Of a stretch of 64,000 nucleotides of DNA, positions 1 to 12,344 are shown piece by piece. The notes beneath the pieces are model-generated. The model made no database searches. It was not told where the DNA came from and worked only from the letters and a program-made list of their open reading frames with translations. This stretch comes from Dimorphilus gyrociliatus. Taxonomy: Eukaryota; Animalia; Annelida. The stretch's first letter is position 1, and each line of letters opens with the position of its first letter. The stretch spans positions 181,310 to 245,309 of the forward strand of contig CAJFCJ010000005.1 of the NCBI GenBank assembly GCA_904063045.1. The letters are read 5' to 3'. Made by a program: the position numbers and the translations under genes.

Positions 1-614
1 ATTTGTTGCTCTGGATAACGTACCATCACATCCTATTCGTCGTCTTGCTCCAAGATTTCTATACTTCCTTTTCTAGCTTCATCGTAGAGATTAATAGGAT
101 CGTGTGGAACGAAGTCATTCCACCTCGTCATCCAAGTGTAGGTAGTTCTGTTGTAATAGAAAAAAGAGCCAAATAACCTAAGGGAATAGCTGATCACGTG
201 ACGAACTACCTGGATCTAGCATTGTCCTTTCTCGGATGATACACATTCTTCTGAAAGTCTAGAGACATTACTGATTTTAGTAAATAAAAACTAAAGGTAC
301 GTTCAGTGTCTATTAGCAACTCGTCCTCAGCAATTGCAGGCTTTGATAAATCAATACTTTGGCCAAACGGCATACAAAGAAATAAATACAACAAGCGCTT
401 TCAATAAACACTTCGGATTTTGCTATCTCAAAGTCATCAAATAATCATGTTCAATTTCCATTTGAACAGCAATCCAAAGTATTCAGGCCCGGTAATTCTT
501 TAAAGAAAATCATATGACGAATATTGTTGGCTTAAGATCCTTCGCAAAAGAGAGCCAAGAGTCTTACTCTCCTGAATATACGGATAACTATAATCTATGT
601 TTATATTATTAGCT

Positions 615-1738
615 ATGGAAAATATTTCACACTTCATTAGCTCTTTTCAGACATAAATTGTATCGTAGTTACACTCAAGGGATTTATATAAATGTCTATC
701 TATTAATATATTTGACAATTGTTCATCAAACTAAATTCTATAAATTATATGTCAATGTATTTATTTTCTAGAACAAAGTCCAAGGGATTTCCTCTGCAGA
801 GAAGTTTCAAAATATGGACTTGACATATTGAATACTCCGATTTGTATAGCCAAACTGCAGCACTTGAACACAACACAGGAAGATTTTATTCAAGAATTTG
901 ATCAGGATGCTGTAGTATTTCGCAATGAATATAAAGCAAAGACTAACAAACTCTTGAATCAGTCTTCTTCAGTATTCCTTATATGTACCATACAAACCAT
1001 TGGAGAACGGAATTTGCTGCTGATTTATGTCACTATTCCTCGATGCCAAACAAGCATACAGCGTCTCTTTGATGTTCGACTTCTAAGAAGCAGCGATAAT
1101 ATAACTCAAGTGGTTCAAGGAAGCATACATCCAATATACAAAAAAGTTATTGGCTATACAGTTCTCGGGAATAAACATTCAAAATCAATCATCGCTTGCT
1201 GTACGTTGATATCAAAATGAAACTGGAATATAATTTTTACGTTGATATTATTAATATTCCCAGCCTCCGTCTATATGACTTAAATACACATTTAGAGAAA
1301 AAATGGGACATAAGTGAACCTAAATATTTTAAAGGGGATAAGCTGTTTATAAACACATTCGCCGATCATATCAATGAAGCTCAAAAGTATAATGACGAAT
1401 TCTTGAGAAACTGGAAGAATGAAAACAGATCAACATTAAGAGTTATAGAGAAAGTATCAGAAGTATACTCCAGAATTTTAGACAGCAATCAACTGCAATA
1501 TTTTATTGAAAATATTGATAATATACGGTCGAAATTCCCGAATAAAATGTTTGAGATGTGCTATTCAGTATTAGAGGAAGATTTTAGCACTTTAGCGGAG
1601 TTGTGTGACAAGAACCCTAGGATTCCGTTTGGGGTTCGGCTAATGCCTCTATGTAATGTTGAACACTTGTTCTCATCGCAGATGATTGAAGGAGATAGGG
1701 AATTATTAACCTTCATAAAGTTTAAATATGGAGCATAA
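615..1738 (+). pseudogene. Unknown family, copy 1 (frameshifted)
   Basis: ORFs 828..1220 and 1196..1738 together match the continuous 318-aa ORF 12345..13301, so there is a frameshift near 1190-1200. Splice acceptor TTTTCTAG ends at 771. A decayed first exon (ATG GAA AAT, MENI) starts at 615 and has an early stop. Confidence 0.75.
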
Positions 1739-1760
1739 TGCTGTATATCAAGGGCATTGA

Positions 1761-3171
1761 ACAAAGTGTGTTGTTATGTCTCGACTCCGCCCTCTTACTT
1801 GCCAGTCCAAAGAAAAAAAAGACTTATTAATATTTCTCTCCTAAGAGTGGGCTCCATTTCACTTCACATTAACAACTGTACTTTCCTTCCGTAGAGTTGT
1901 CGATAAGTACTGTACACGACAAAATTATAGGATTGAGGAGGTTGTATGCATACCCTTTGCCTTTTTTATTGCATTTAGCCTTCTTTCAAAATAAAAGAAC
2001 TTGAAAATGTTGTTTTCTTTTTATTAATAAAATTAAAAATATAATAAATTTGAAAAGTTGAACTAAGAACTAACATCTAAGACTTTGCAGATTTATAGAA
2101 ATCTTTATCTGATATCTCTTCAAATTTTTTGTATTTTCTAAGACAAGATCAGCTTCTCTTTTTAACTCGTCTAAAAGATTCTAAAATGATTTTGCTGTTT
2201 CCAGCACTTACATTTAACCTGTTTTGAAATCCTTCCACACCATTGTAGGCTCTTATGGCAACATCAAAAACAGACCATAATGAGCATGGCTATATTCTGT
2301 TTTAATTGCTTGGCCATTGCAAAAATTAACACTATTTCATTTTGATGTAATAAGTCACATTGGAGGAAGCCATCGGCAATAAAAGAATGATTATGTATAA
2401 ACGCCAAAGATTCTGCTTCTTTTGGTCGATTTTTCCCTCTGCAATAATTAACAACCTGCTTTCAAATTGTAATTTTTGGAAAATTTGAACTTTATTCACA
2501 TTGAAACTTGTTCAAGTAATTAAAAAGACAAAGAACTATTACGATGTAATCTATAGTTCATATACAGTATATACTGATTATATTAGTATATTGATAAGTA
2601 TGATTAATAATAATTCAAATGTCATATTTTTTAATTTTCGACTAGTAACTTTCACAAAAAGGCAACATGATTCCAAATGCTGTTAAGGTTGAGTTCATTG
2701 TTCAGTGTTGGCTGTTGCCAAGAACCTTGTTGAAGATCAGTTCTTCTACGATAACAAAACGATATAATTTACTGTATGTAACCGTATCAAACGGTTGCTG
2801 TATTCTAATTGACTACTAATTGGTATCGATATAATCACGTGTGGATACACTTGATTACGTAACTACGAGATTGCATCTCGCGGTGAACGATTTCGAGATT
2901 TAACACTTTGTATACATAAATATATATATATATTGCCCCCAACCGTAATACTACATTTAACTCTGGAGATCTTGGAAGTTCTCCAACAAACCTAATAACG
3001 GGATGACAAAATAAAAAAGAACACAGTAGGTAAAACGCGATTCTAAAACAGTATACAAAGTACTGAACAAAACAAATTTGATTAATTATAAAATACTTCC
3101 AAATTAACAAGTTTCAGTGTTTTTTTGCTGGCAAGTAAAAGGGCGGAGCCGAGGCACAACAACACACTGTG
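1761..3171 (-). mobile_element. Mutator-like (MULE) transposon remnant with ~45-bp terminal inverted repeats
   Basis: 1761..1805 (ACAAAGTGTGTTGTTATGTCTCGACTCCGCCCTCTTACTTGCCAG) is an inverted near-copy of 3127..3171. Minus-strand translation of ~2220-2460 gives FLQCDLLHQNEIVLIFAMAKQL and WSVFDVAIRAYNGVEGFQN, resembling MULE transposase motifs, with stops and frameshifts. No clear TSD. Confidence 0.5.
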
Positions 3172-3243
3172 TATGTAAGGATTCAGCTATTCAGAAGAGA
3201 ACTTGTCAAGTGTATATCTCAGTTGGCTCTCAAGAACATTTTA

Positions 3244-4371
3244 TTATTGTTCGTTGGCCGAGAGATCTGAGAAAAAATACTGTTCGGTTAATTTGAACTC
3301 TTCCGGACTGTTGAACGACATTAGATTTATTGCTCGATCTCTATTCATGTACGGAGGTCGAAATGGCAACCATGGATATGTTCTGCATAATTCTTCGTAC
3401 ATCCCCCAGTTTTCATCAGACAAAAATTGCAGTGTCTCCTCAAAATACCCGTTTTGCGTTGTCAATTGTTGACGGATATTTGGTATATTCTCCACAAAAT
3501 ATCCCAACTTATTTTGTCTATAGGCTTCAGTATAGACGTGTGATATGTTTATCAAGATCTCAATCAGACCCATATATTTTTTGATTAGTGCAGTAATGAC
3601 TGAATCAATACTATCCCGAATTTGTATCAGATAGTTACCCAATTCCTGAATGTAGTATCGATGTCCTGGAGAGAGCTGTGGTTCGGGTATGTTTAATTCC
3701 CTCTTTGCATATATGTAGAGTGTTTCTAAAGAATTTCCAAATGTGTTTTTATCAATGTCCCTCATTAAACAGCAACTAAGAGGGACAATTAGATCAACCT
3801 TTGGAAAGTGACGAGTATCAAAATCCAAATCTCTATCGCCAAATGTAGAGATACCTACTACATTGAGAGTGATGTTTTCCCTATCGAGCAGGCTCATCAA
3901 GTACTCGAACGTTATTTGTTTTTGTTCTTTAACCTCAACCTCGATGAGGTAACTTGTTCTATGATTCTCACCCAAATTTGTACAACACCCGAACAAGCGA
4001 AATAGACATTTCGTGCTGTGTCTTTCAATAGAACATTGTAAAAATATTTTTCCACATTTTCCGAAGGTTTGTTCCCTTAGCTGTTGAATTTTATTGAAAC
4101 GTTCAATTGTCTTTTCATAAAAATGCCGCTCAAAGTCATTTCTTATTCTTAAAGTATCAAGATAAACTGCATCCTTAGACAAACATCTTTCCAACTTTAA
4201 ACCTTTCGAAATTTTTATTTCGAACAAGGCTTTTAATACATTAACATGTAGGTCAGAAAAGAGATGAGACATTTCTTCGCAGGGTTTAATATATGCATAT
4301 ATAAATGCGCGTGCGCAATAAGAAAAACCACGAACCCTGATAAATTTATCGAAATATTTTTTTCGTAACAT
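3244..4371 (-). CDS. Unknown family, divergent intact copy 2 (375 aa)
   Basis: Open 375-aa ORF that aligns by eye along most of its length with the 12345..13301 protein (RNDFERHFYEKTIERFNK vs QEDFIQRFYQHAIQFYNK; NKLGYFVENIPNIR vs NQLQYLIENIDNIR; ELCRTYPWLPF vs ELCDKNPWIPF). Confidence 0.8.
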   Translation of the reverse strand: MLRKKYFDKFIRVRGFSYCARAFIYAYIKPCEEMSHLFSDLHVNVLKALFEIKISKGLKLERCLSKDAVYLDTLRIRNDFERHFYEKTIERFNKIQQLREQTFGKCGKIFLQCSIERHSTKCLFRLFGCCTNLGENHRTSYLIEVEVKEQKQITFEYLMSLLDRENITLNVVGISTFGDRDLDFDTRHFPKVDLIVPLSCCLMRDIDKNTFGNSLETLYIYAKRELNIPEPQLSPGHRYYIQELGNYLIQIRDSIDSVITALIKKYMGLIEILINISHVYTEAYRQNKLGYFVENIPNIRQQLTTQNGYFEETLQFLSDENWGMYEELCRTYPWLPFRPPYMNRDRAINLMSFNSPEEFKLTEQYFFSDLSANEQ

Positions 4372-5589
4372 AATAAAAAAAATAATAAACTAATTAAAAT
4401 AATTAATTAAAGTAATTATTTTTAAGTTTTTTCAACCTTTACGCAAGTTGATATCAAAATGGCTACTCGCCGACAATACAAAATGTCTGCCAACCCGCTC
4501 TACATATACTGTATATATTTTGCTTGAACTGAGAAGAAAATTAATCTTTTTCTAGTTTTTAGAGTCATGTGATAATGTTAACTGTTGTAGAATCTTATAA
4601 TATCAGTCATGGTAACAATTTCAATCAAAAGCGAAAAGTCTTTAAAACTAATTCAATTTTTATATTTTTCAGCGAGAAATTCGATGAGCGAGAGACAGAG
4701 ACAGAGACAGAGAGATAGAGAGAAAAAAATGTGAGAAATACCGCTGATATCGTAAAATGAATACAGTTAACTGAAGAGAGGGAGAGGGTTGGAATGATAC
4801 TTTAACGATACCTTCCAATGTCATTCCATTGCCGAAAGTAGAATATCCACATTTTTATACACCTATTTTATATATTCTCATCAAGTTTATTGGTCTTTTA
4901 ACTATCAAATTAACATGGTCTTTCCTAAATAGAAATATCATAAAAACTGCCACGAATATCAAAGTTTTCTGTGGAATATTCCATATCATTCAATAAAGAG
5001 ATTTCTAAAGCATATTTTAATGAATGATTTAACAAGCAATCCACCAACCACCAACAGAAAAGTCTGTCTATTAAATACTTCTATTTTATTCATATTGATC
5101 ACTTCTTTTTTAGTCATATTTTTCGCGCAAAAAGTAGTCCTATAATTTTCCTTTAATTATATATAAAGTTACATTGATCTGTTCAACGTACACCTTTTTT
5201 CAATAATTTTTACTTTCCATTTGTCTTGAGCCTAGAAAAAGACGTTTTATGTGTTTGCTGTGACGAAAATGTGCTGGTTGAAAGATAAGATTAAATCCTA
5301 CGAAGATTCTTCGATCATAAAGATTTTGAAAAGAGAAACTTTGAAGCAAATCGAGGCGAAGAGTTGAAAATGATGATTTTCAACAGTGTTTCGAAGAATG
5401 TAAAAAGTCTGTTACTTGTGCTCTTACATCTGTTTTTAAATAGCTTCTAATAGTGGTCTAATAGCGATTAAATGGCGTGTTTTCTTCATATTGTAATAGA
5501 TAGATCCTTGATAGTCTCGATATCTCGTGATTCCATTCATCGTTGGTCCTTTCTGGTGTAAACTGCCGCTACAGCTTCATGTTCATAAC

Positions 5590-6706
5590 CTTGGATTTAA
5601 CATATTGAATAGTATGATTCCTATAGCTAAATTGCAACGCTTGATCATGACAAAGGAAATTTTATTCAGCGTCTTTTTGATGTTCGACTTTTAAGAAGAA
5701 ACGATGAGGTAACTCAAGTGATCAAAACGACGTTTACTGACAATAGCCATTGTGTAACGTTTGGAGGTCGACTAGTATCGCTTTGTGAAGTAAAAGACTT
5801 ATTCTGATCTGCGAGCAATTAATCAGATGTGGTATTATTAATCATCGTAACGTTCAAATATGCTAACAAACTTTCGCATTATATTGTGAATACATCATCT
5901 TACCTACTTGCCAAAAAACTGTAAAAAGTGATTAGCATGAAATTCTTTAACAATTCGAAAGATTGATATTATGGATTGAGAATCTATTGTATATTATCTG
6001 ATTATCAGCCATGTCTAGCCATCAAATTTGTTTGGTCGTTAACTTGTATACTGTACTAATATTATTGTCTTTTATATACTGTATTATTTCTTAGTTCGTC
6101 AATCCAAATCGGGTGCTGGACACCGCTCAACGCTGAATGACAAACTTAACCTTGGATTTGGATTTGGAATCGTTTGATATCATTATCAAACTGGAATATG
6201 CTTTTTGTGTTGATATTATTAATATTCCCAGCCTCTGTCTAAATGACTTATACACACATTTAGAGAACAAATGGGGCATAAGTGAACCTGCATACTTTAA
6301 AGGAGATCACCTGTTTATAAACACATTCACTAATTATATCAATGAAGCTCAAAAGTATGATGATAAATTTTTGAGAAACTGGAAGAACGAAAACAGGTTA
6401 GCAATAATAGTCATACAGCAAGTGTCGGAAGAATACTCCACAATTTTAGACAGCAATCAACTGCAATATTTTATTAAAAATATTGATGATATACGATCGA
6501 AATTGCCGCATAAAATGTTCCAGAACTGATATTCAGTATTAAAGGAAGACTTTAGCACTTAAACGGAGTTGTGTGAGAAGAATCCTTGGATTCCGTTTGG
6601 GGTTCGGCTAATGCCTCTATGTTATGTTGAGCATTTGTTCTCATTACAGATGGGTGAAGAAGATAGGGAATTATTAATTTTTATAAAGTTTAAATATGAA
6701 GCCTGA
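5590..6706 (+). pseudogene. Unknown family, copy 3 (deleted, interrupted, internal stops)
   Basis: 5590-5730 carries N-terminal fragments (AKLQR, IQRLFDVRLLRRND). An unrelated ~420-bp insert follows, then ORF 6137..6529 and further homologous sequence with stops, ending FIKFKYEA* at 6706. Confidence 0.75.
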
Positions 6707-7013
6707 TACTATTCTCTATAGTATTATACAGATATAGATTCCATATTTTTGGTTGTGTGACAATAACTAAGTGATAATGTTAAGATACTTACGACAATGG
6801 CCAAAACAACAGCAGTTGGAAATTCATGGGACCAAAGGATTTATTTCGTAGGTTTTCGTTAAGGGCCGTTAGATACTTGGCGAAACACTAGCACCGAAAT
6901 CGGCGAAGTAGCCAAAGGTGGAGAACCCTCTGGTCTATGGCATAGCAGGTAGTCCACTTTAAGTTATCGGATGTAATATTGAAGATAACAATTATATTGA
7001 ACGTTCAAAAATC

Positions 7014-7870
7014 ATGAATGAAAATATCAATTTTACTAAAATGCATGGTCTTGGAGATGATTTTATTATTGTTGAATTCGATAATCTTGAAGAGAATCAA
7101 TTAGATTATAGTTCGTTAGCTGTTCAAGTATGTGATAGAAAGTTTGGAATTGGTGCCGACGGATTAATTATTGCTAATCCACCAGAAATGAAATTAATAC
7201 AGTTTCAAATGCTAGTTGGAGAATATTTAATTCTGACGGTAGTGAACCCGAAATGTGCGGAAATGGTATTAGATGCTTTTCAAAATATCTCTTCTCAAAG
7301 GATAATACCAAGTACAGGAAACTGTTGATTAATACTCTTTCCGGTGTAATTCTATGGGAAATTTTAGACGATGGACAAATTAGGGTGGACATGGGTCCGC
7401 CTATTTTACAATCATCCAACGTTCAAGCAGAAGTTTTAAGGACAAATATAAAAATAAAGGATAAAGAATTTCCAATCAATTTGATCAGCATGGGAAATCC
7501 TCATTGCGTAATTTTCACCAAAGAGGATACTGATAGTCTTGCTATTGAATATGGTCCAAAAATAGAATGTCATAGTATTTTTCCATTGAAAACAAATGTA
7601 GAATTCGTTAATATAATTTCGAATAATCGTAGTAAAATAAGTATTTGGGAAAGAGGTTGCGGTATTACAATGGCTTGCGGTACAGGAGCTTGCGCATCAG
7701 TTGTAGCAGCAGTTTTAAATAAATTAACAGAAGAATCGGTAATTGTTGATTTACCAGGTGGTCAATTAAAAATTGATTGGAATGGTTGTGAAAATTCAAG
7801 TGTCTTTATGACCGGAAATGCTGAATTTGTATGTTTCCGTAAGTATTCCATATTAAACGTAAAAACCTAA
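7014..7870 (+). pseudogene. dapF: Bacterial-type diaminopimelate epimerase, split by a single -1 frameshift
   Basis: Motifs FTKMHGLGDDF, CDRKFGIGADG, RIFNSDGSEPEMCGNGIRC, SMGNPHCV, NVEFV, WERGCGITMACGTGACA; both catalytic Cys are present. Adding one A to the run at 7186-7188 joins ORFs 7014..7328 and 7253..7870 into 285 aa. No introns. Confidence 0.93.
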
Positions 7871-8544
7871 TAAAATATCAAAGATATTAGAAATATTTAG
7901 TCATTTGAAAATTATTCAAATTTCATTCAAATTTCTTGGATAAAAATGTCAGATTGATTGAATTATTTTCTTTTCCTACCGTTAGATATTTGCTATTGTT
8001 TGTGTTTGTTCCTTGCAATGCCAACGCCATAAATAGTACAGTATATATTATTGTAGAATAAATTTCATTTATACAGTTGAACAAGAATGCTTTTCACTAA
8101 TACATTAAGAACAAATAAACAAAAATACGACGTATTGAATGATGCTCTCTCTTTTGTCTATTTTCAATCATTCAATAAATTGGTTACGAGTGAATAATTC
8201 AATAATAACTGTTTTTACTGTCATTTTCACCATTAACATTTATATCTTAATTTTTGTTGTTTTACTACTCAGAATTAACTGATTTGTTAGAGAGAAACTG
8301 AAATTAGAATGTTGAAAGATACTGCCACTTCTTCGTGTTAAAACTTATTAATTAATAAAGAACTTCAAAGTCTAAAATTATGAAATGTTTTGTGTTGTTA
8401 ATAGTAAATAAATTGTATATAGTATAAATACGGCTCAAGTTTATGAATAATGAAAATGGTAGGGAAGAAATCAATAAATGAATTGATTTTCTTTGTTTTT
8501 TCGTGGAATACTATAAATACCTGAAGAATTACGATCAGAAATAT

Positions 8545-10262
8545 CTAATTGAATGAAAAAACATGTTTGAATAATAAATTAACTAGTATCCTGAAATACA
8601 AACTAGTAAATTGAAGGCCAAAAATGTCTATATCTTTTATGATTATATCCTGATTAGCTAGTAAACTTATCTTAGTGATGTTCAACTGTTGAAATGAATC
8701 GCAAACAGTTTGAGCTCTTCTTGTTATTACGGATAAATTAAAGCATATTTCAATATCATTTCCGGAAAAAACGCAAGCTTTGATCTCCTTCCCTTTTTGT
8801 ACAGTAGCAGTTGTGTCTAGAGAAGAAAGTTCAAAAGTCAGTGTTTCTCTCAAATGATTAACTTTTATATATAAATATACATGTAACGCATATTGTATCA
8901 ATGTAGTCTACATTAATGTTGAGTGTTAATTCGTCATCTTTTGTCAATGAAATACTAAAGGTTCCTGATATTTGTACATTATTCTTGTAAAACGAATAAA
9001 TTCCATGAGATTTTTCAATCTTGACATCTATTGGACAATTGACTATTGTAAAATGAAATGAAAAAAGATAATGTTTAAAAGTCTACTTACCGTTCATTAA
9101 AGTTGTATTCGTAATGTTCCTATTATAAATTACCACTTCGGATGTAGATATAAAATTCGATCCAGAGCCATATGATGTTGAATGTGGCCGAAAGAGAACA
9201 TATCTTCCAATAAGTGATTTATTATTATGTATGACAAACGTCTCCCAAATCAATTCAGTAGAAACTTGAACTTCTGAAATTAATTTGCATTGAGGTGATT
9301 CTAAAGAATCGGAAATATCGTTTAAAAACACTTCAATATGAGATGCGACGCTTGCTGAAAATAGGTAGTAGATATATAATAAAGGGTACAGAATATTTTA
9401 ATCTATAAAAGGAAAAAAGTATAATTACAAATGCCTCTTGCTCTGGTCATTACAATTGTTTCAATTTGATATAAATTCAACATATCAATTCTCAAAAATG
9501 CTCCTACATTTTGTAAAGTGGAACTCTTTAAAAAGCTACTAAAGTTCTCATCATAAAGCTTTGATATTAGTATATCATTCTCGTTTGTGTAGAGAAATAC
9601 CTTACTTGTAGCCATTTGAAATATAACATTATCTATAAACAAATATTAAGGAGGATCTTTGGTACTAGCTTTATTTTGTCTCTTACCATCTTCTTTGATG
9701 AAAGTTCCTCTAATTCTTATTATAGAAATTGCCAGTATATTTATATTTATCTTTTGAACCCTTAGAAATCTTCCAGTGCAACTGCAATTCTTACAAAAGA
9801 AATTTTCAGGATTGTTTGCTGCCTGCTGTGGAATGAGTGATGTTTGTTGAAAGCATAATTGTCCTCCGATTAGCAACTTAGTTTCTGTATAAACTTCAAA
9901 CATGTCAAGATTACCTGTAAAAATATGATTACTTATATGTTATTGATTTTAATAGGCAATCAAAGATTATAGTCTTTACTTGCGCTATCTCCATTAATTA
10001 CGCAAACTTCTGTTATCGTGTATAGTCCTTGAAGGTCAACAGCCCACCAAGGACGGTTCGAGTAATCTACTATAGACTTTGCAGTTTTAAAGATGGCATC
10101 CATCAAAGCTCTACTGGCATTATTATTCTTAACAGCAGTGACTTGTTGGTATGCTGGACGATTCGTTGCAATATTATCTTCAATAGAAATATAACAAAAA
10201 CTAAAAGATAAATATACAACAACCAATTGAATTGTTATAAGAAGATGATGTTCTAATTTCAT
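8545..10262 (-). CDS. Secreted multi-exon protein with tandem F-type-lectin/F5-8C-like domains
   Basis: Hydrophobic N-terminus, then NIATNRPAYQQ...ASRALMD...RPWWAVDLQGLYTITEV (fucolectin-type) and further discoidin-like segments in ORFs 9646..9903, 9403..9642, 9083..9331 and 8545..8901. The 3' end is uncertain. Confidence 0.65.
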
Positions 10263-11104
10263 CCTTATAATCTATTGAAATTGTTGGAAAGGGAAAGAGT
10301 TGGACAATACAAGTTGAACATTTATAAACTGTTCAGTAATAATAAAGAAAAAAACATAGTTTCTCAATATAAATAGACTAACGAAATGTATCGATTCATT
10401 TATGTAAATACATATGTTTTTTATATACATAGTTGTCATGATAGAACATATACAACACACAAAGTATCATCAAATAAAGTTATTATAATCCTTTTAAGAT
10501 AATCATTAGTTTAAATACGATAGCTTCAATAGATTTTATAGAAAGTTTATTGAATATCTAAATGGCAATGAGATTAGAAACAATGCGAGAAATATGTCTT
10601 TCCATGTATTCTATTCGCTAAACACATTATATCAACTTCCTTCTCATATGAAGATCTCTTTTATGACCGTGCAAAGCAATGTCTTCACGGAACACGTATC
10701 ATATGACTGACGACACAGCGTCCGGTGAATTTTTTATGAAGGTTTCTGCTCTGGTCGCGAGCTCCACGTAGTTGAACACCTCCACTTTTGCTGTTTAGAT
10801 TAAGTAGGATTGATTGTTCAGAATTCCGTACATTCTTTTGCAACTGTGTTTCTGATATTGAGGGCAGTTTGTCTATTACTTTTCACCTGGTGGTTGCTTC
10901 ATTTAATACCCAGAATTTCTACAAGAGCCTCGCTAACCCTGCATAGTACTTTGTTTCAAGTAGGTCCTTCACTAAGGGATATCCTACATTCAATTTCCTA
11001 TCTAGTGGCAGAGGGCTTTGCTTGTCCTGGTGTGCCTTCAACTTTCTAAGTTGTACGTTCATCACCTCTTCAACCTATATAATTGCATATTTGCTATCCT
11101 CCTA

Positions 11105-11940
11105 GGAGGATAAACAGCTTATCTCCTTTAAAGTATGCAGGTTCACTTATACCCCATTTGTTCGCTAAATGTGTATGTAAGTCATTTAGACGGAGGCTGG
11201 GAATATTCATAATATCAATGTAACAAGCATATTCCAGTTTCATTATTATATGCTAAGTAAGCGATCATTGATTTTAAAATGCTTATTTCCGAGGATTGTG
11301 TATCCGATAACTTGACGCATTATTGGATTATCGTTTCTTTAATGACCTGAGTTATATCATCGCTTCTACTTAGAAGTCGAACATCAAAGAGACGCTGTAT
11401 GCTTGTTTGACATCGATGAATAAAGACATAAATCAGTAGTAAGTCCTCTTCTTCATTGGTTTGTATGGAAAATATGAGAAATACTCTTGGAGAATGATTC
11501 AAGAGTTTTTTAGTTTTTGATTTATATTCATTATGGGATGTTTCAACATCTTGATTACATTTTCGAATAAAATCTTTGCGTGTCGTTTTCAAGTATTGCA
11601 ACTTTTCTATAAAGATCTCAATATTCAATACGTTAGGTCCATATTCCAATGCTTCTCTGAAGAGAAAATCCTTTGGGCTTTCTTCTGAAAAATTGACAAG
11701 ATGAATGTATAATACGCTATTTGGGTTAGGATTAAATATCAAATTTTCTATTCTGCTAAATTCCTGCCAATTTCGCGTATAAAATTATCACTTATCGAAT
11801 TTCTATTTAGAACAATAAATAGACAAAAATGACCTGTTTCTTCATAAGGGAAAGACACTTGGTCCACTTTTACAGATGATGCCAAGTTAATAGCTGATAT
11901 TGTATTTATAGAACGAGGTTTTTATTTTGTCCATGATAGA
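11105..11940 (-). pseudogene. Unknown family, copy 4 (truncated)
   Basis: ORF 11320..11742 is homologous to the N-terminal half. 11105-11250 encodes MKLEYACYIDIMNIPSLRLNDL...FKGDKLFI and then stops abruptly. The first-exon remnant at ~11830-11940 is frameshifted. Confidence 0.75.
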
Positions 11941-12344
11941 GAAGGTTATCTTAGACAAGCCTCGACAGTAACCAGTGGATGATCCAGAAAAACGGTTGTT
12001 GATGCCAAATATCATTGGATGGAAAGAGAAAGAGTGGACACCGAGTGGGAAATATTTATGACAATGAGAGCATTTGAAGAAATAGCGAAGAAAGATGTAA
12101 ATTAAAGGTGTAAAACATCCGGACACCGTAAATTTTGATATGCCAATTTTTAAAACACTCCAAAAATGTTATCTTTGTTTTAGATGAGAAAAGAGTTATG
12201 AAATACTGAAAAAAAAAACTAGAGCGAATTATCAGGAAAATATTTTTTATTAATTTTCATTGTTTTTTTCTTTATCCGAACGTCGTTCACCGTTGATCGC
12301 TAACAAGCATCCAGGTGTGGGATGACGAACTATGACTTATAGTA

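Noticed and set aside
5370-5443. PAN-like peptide DFQQCFEECKKSVTC
   Set aside because: Too short and bounded by stops; cannot be tied to a gene.
10690-11100. GC-richer minus-strand segment with a gag-like peptide (KFTGRCVV)
   Set aside because: Possibly an LTR retrotransposon remnant truncating family copy 4, but it has stops, an incomplete zinc knuckle and no LTR or pol to support the call.
12115-12170. Isolated copy of the Tc1-like terminal sequence (GGACACCGTAAATTTTGATATGCC)
   Set aside because: A single truncated end with no partner TIR or transposase; noted only as the same repeat family as 46062..46784.
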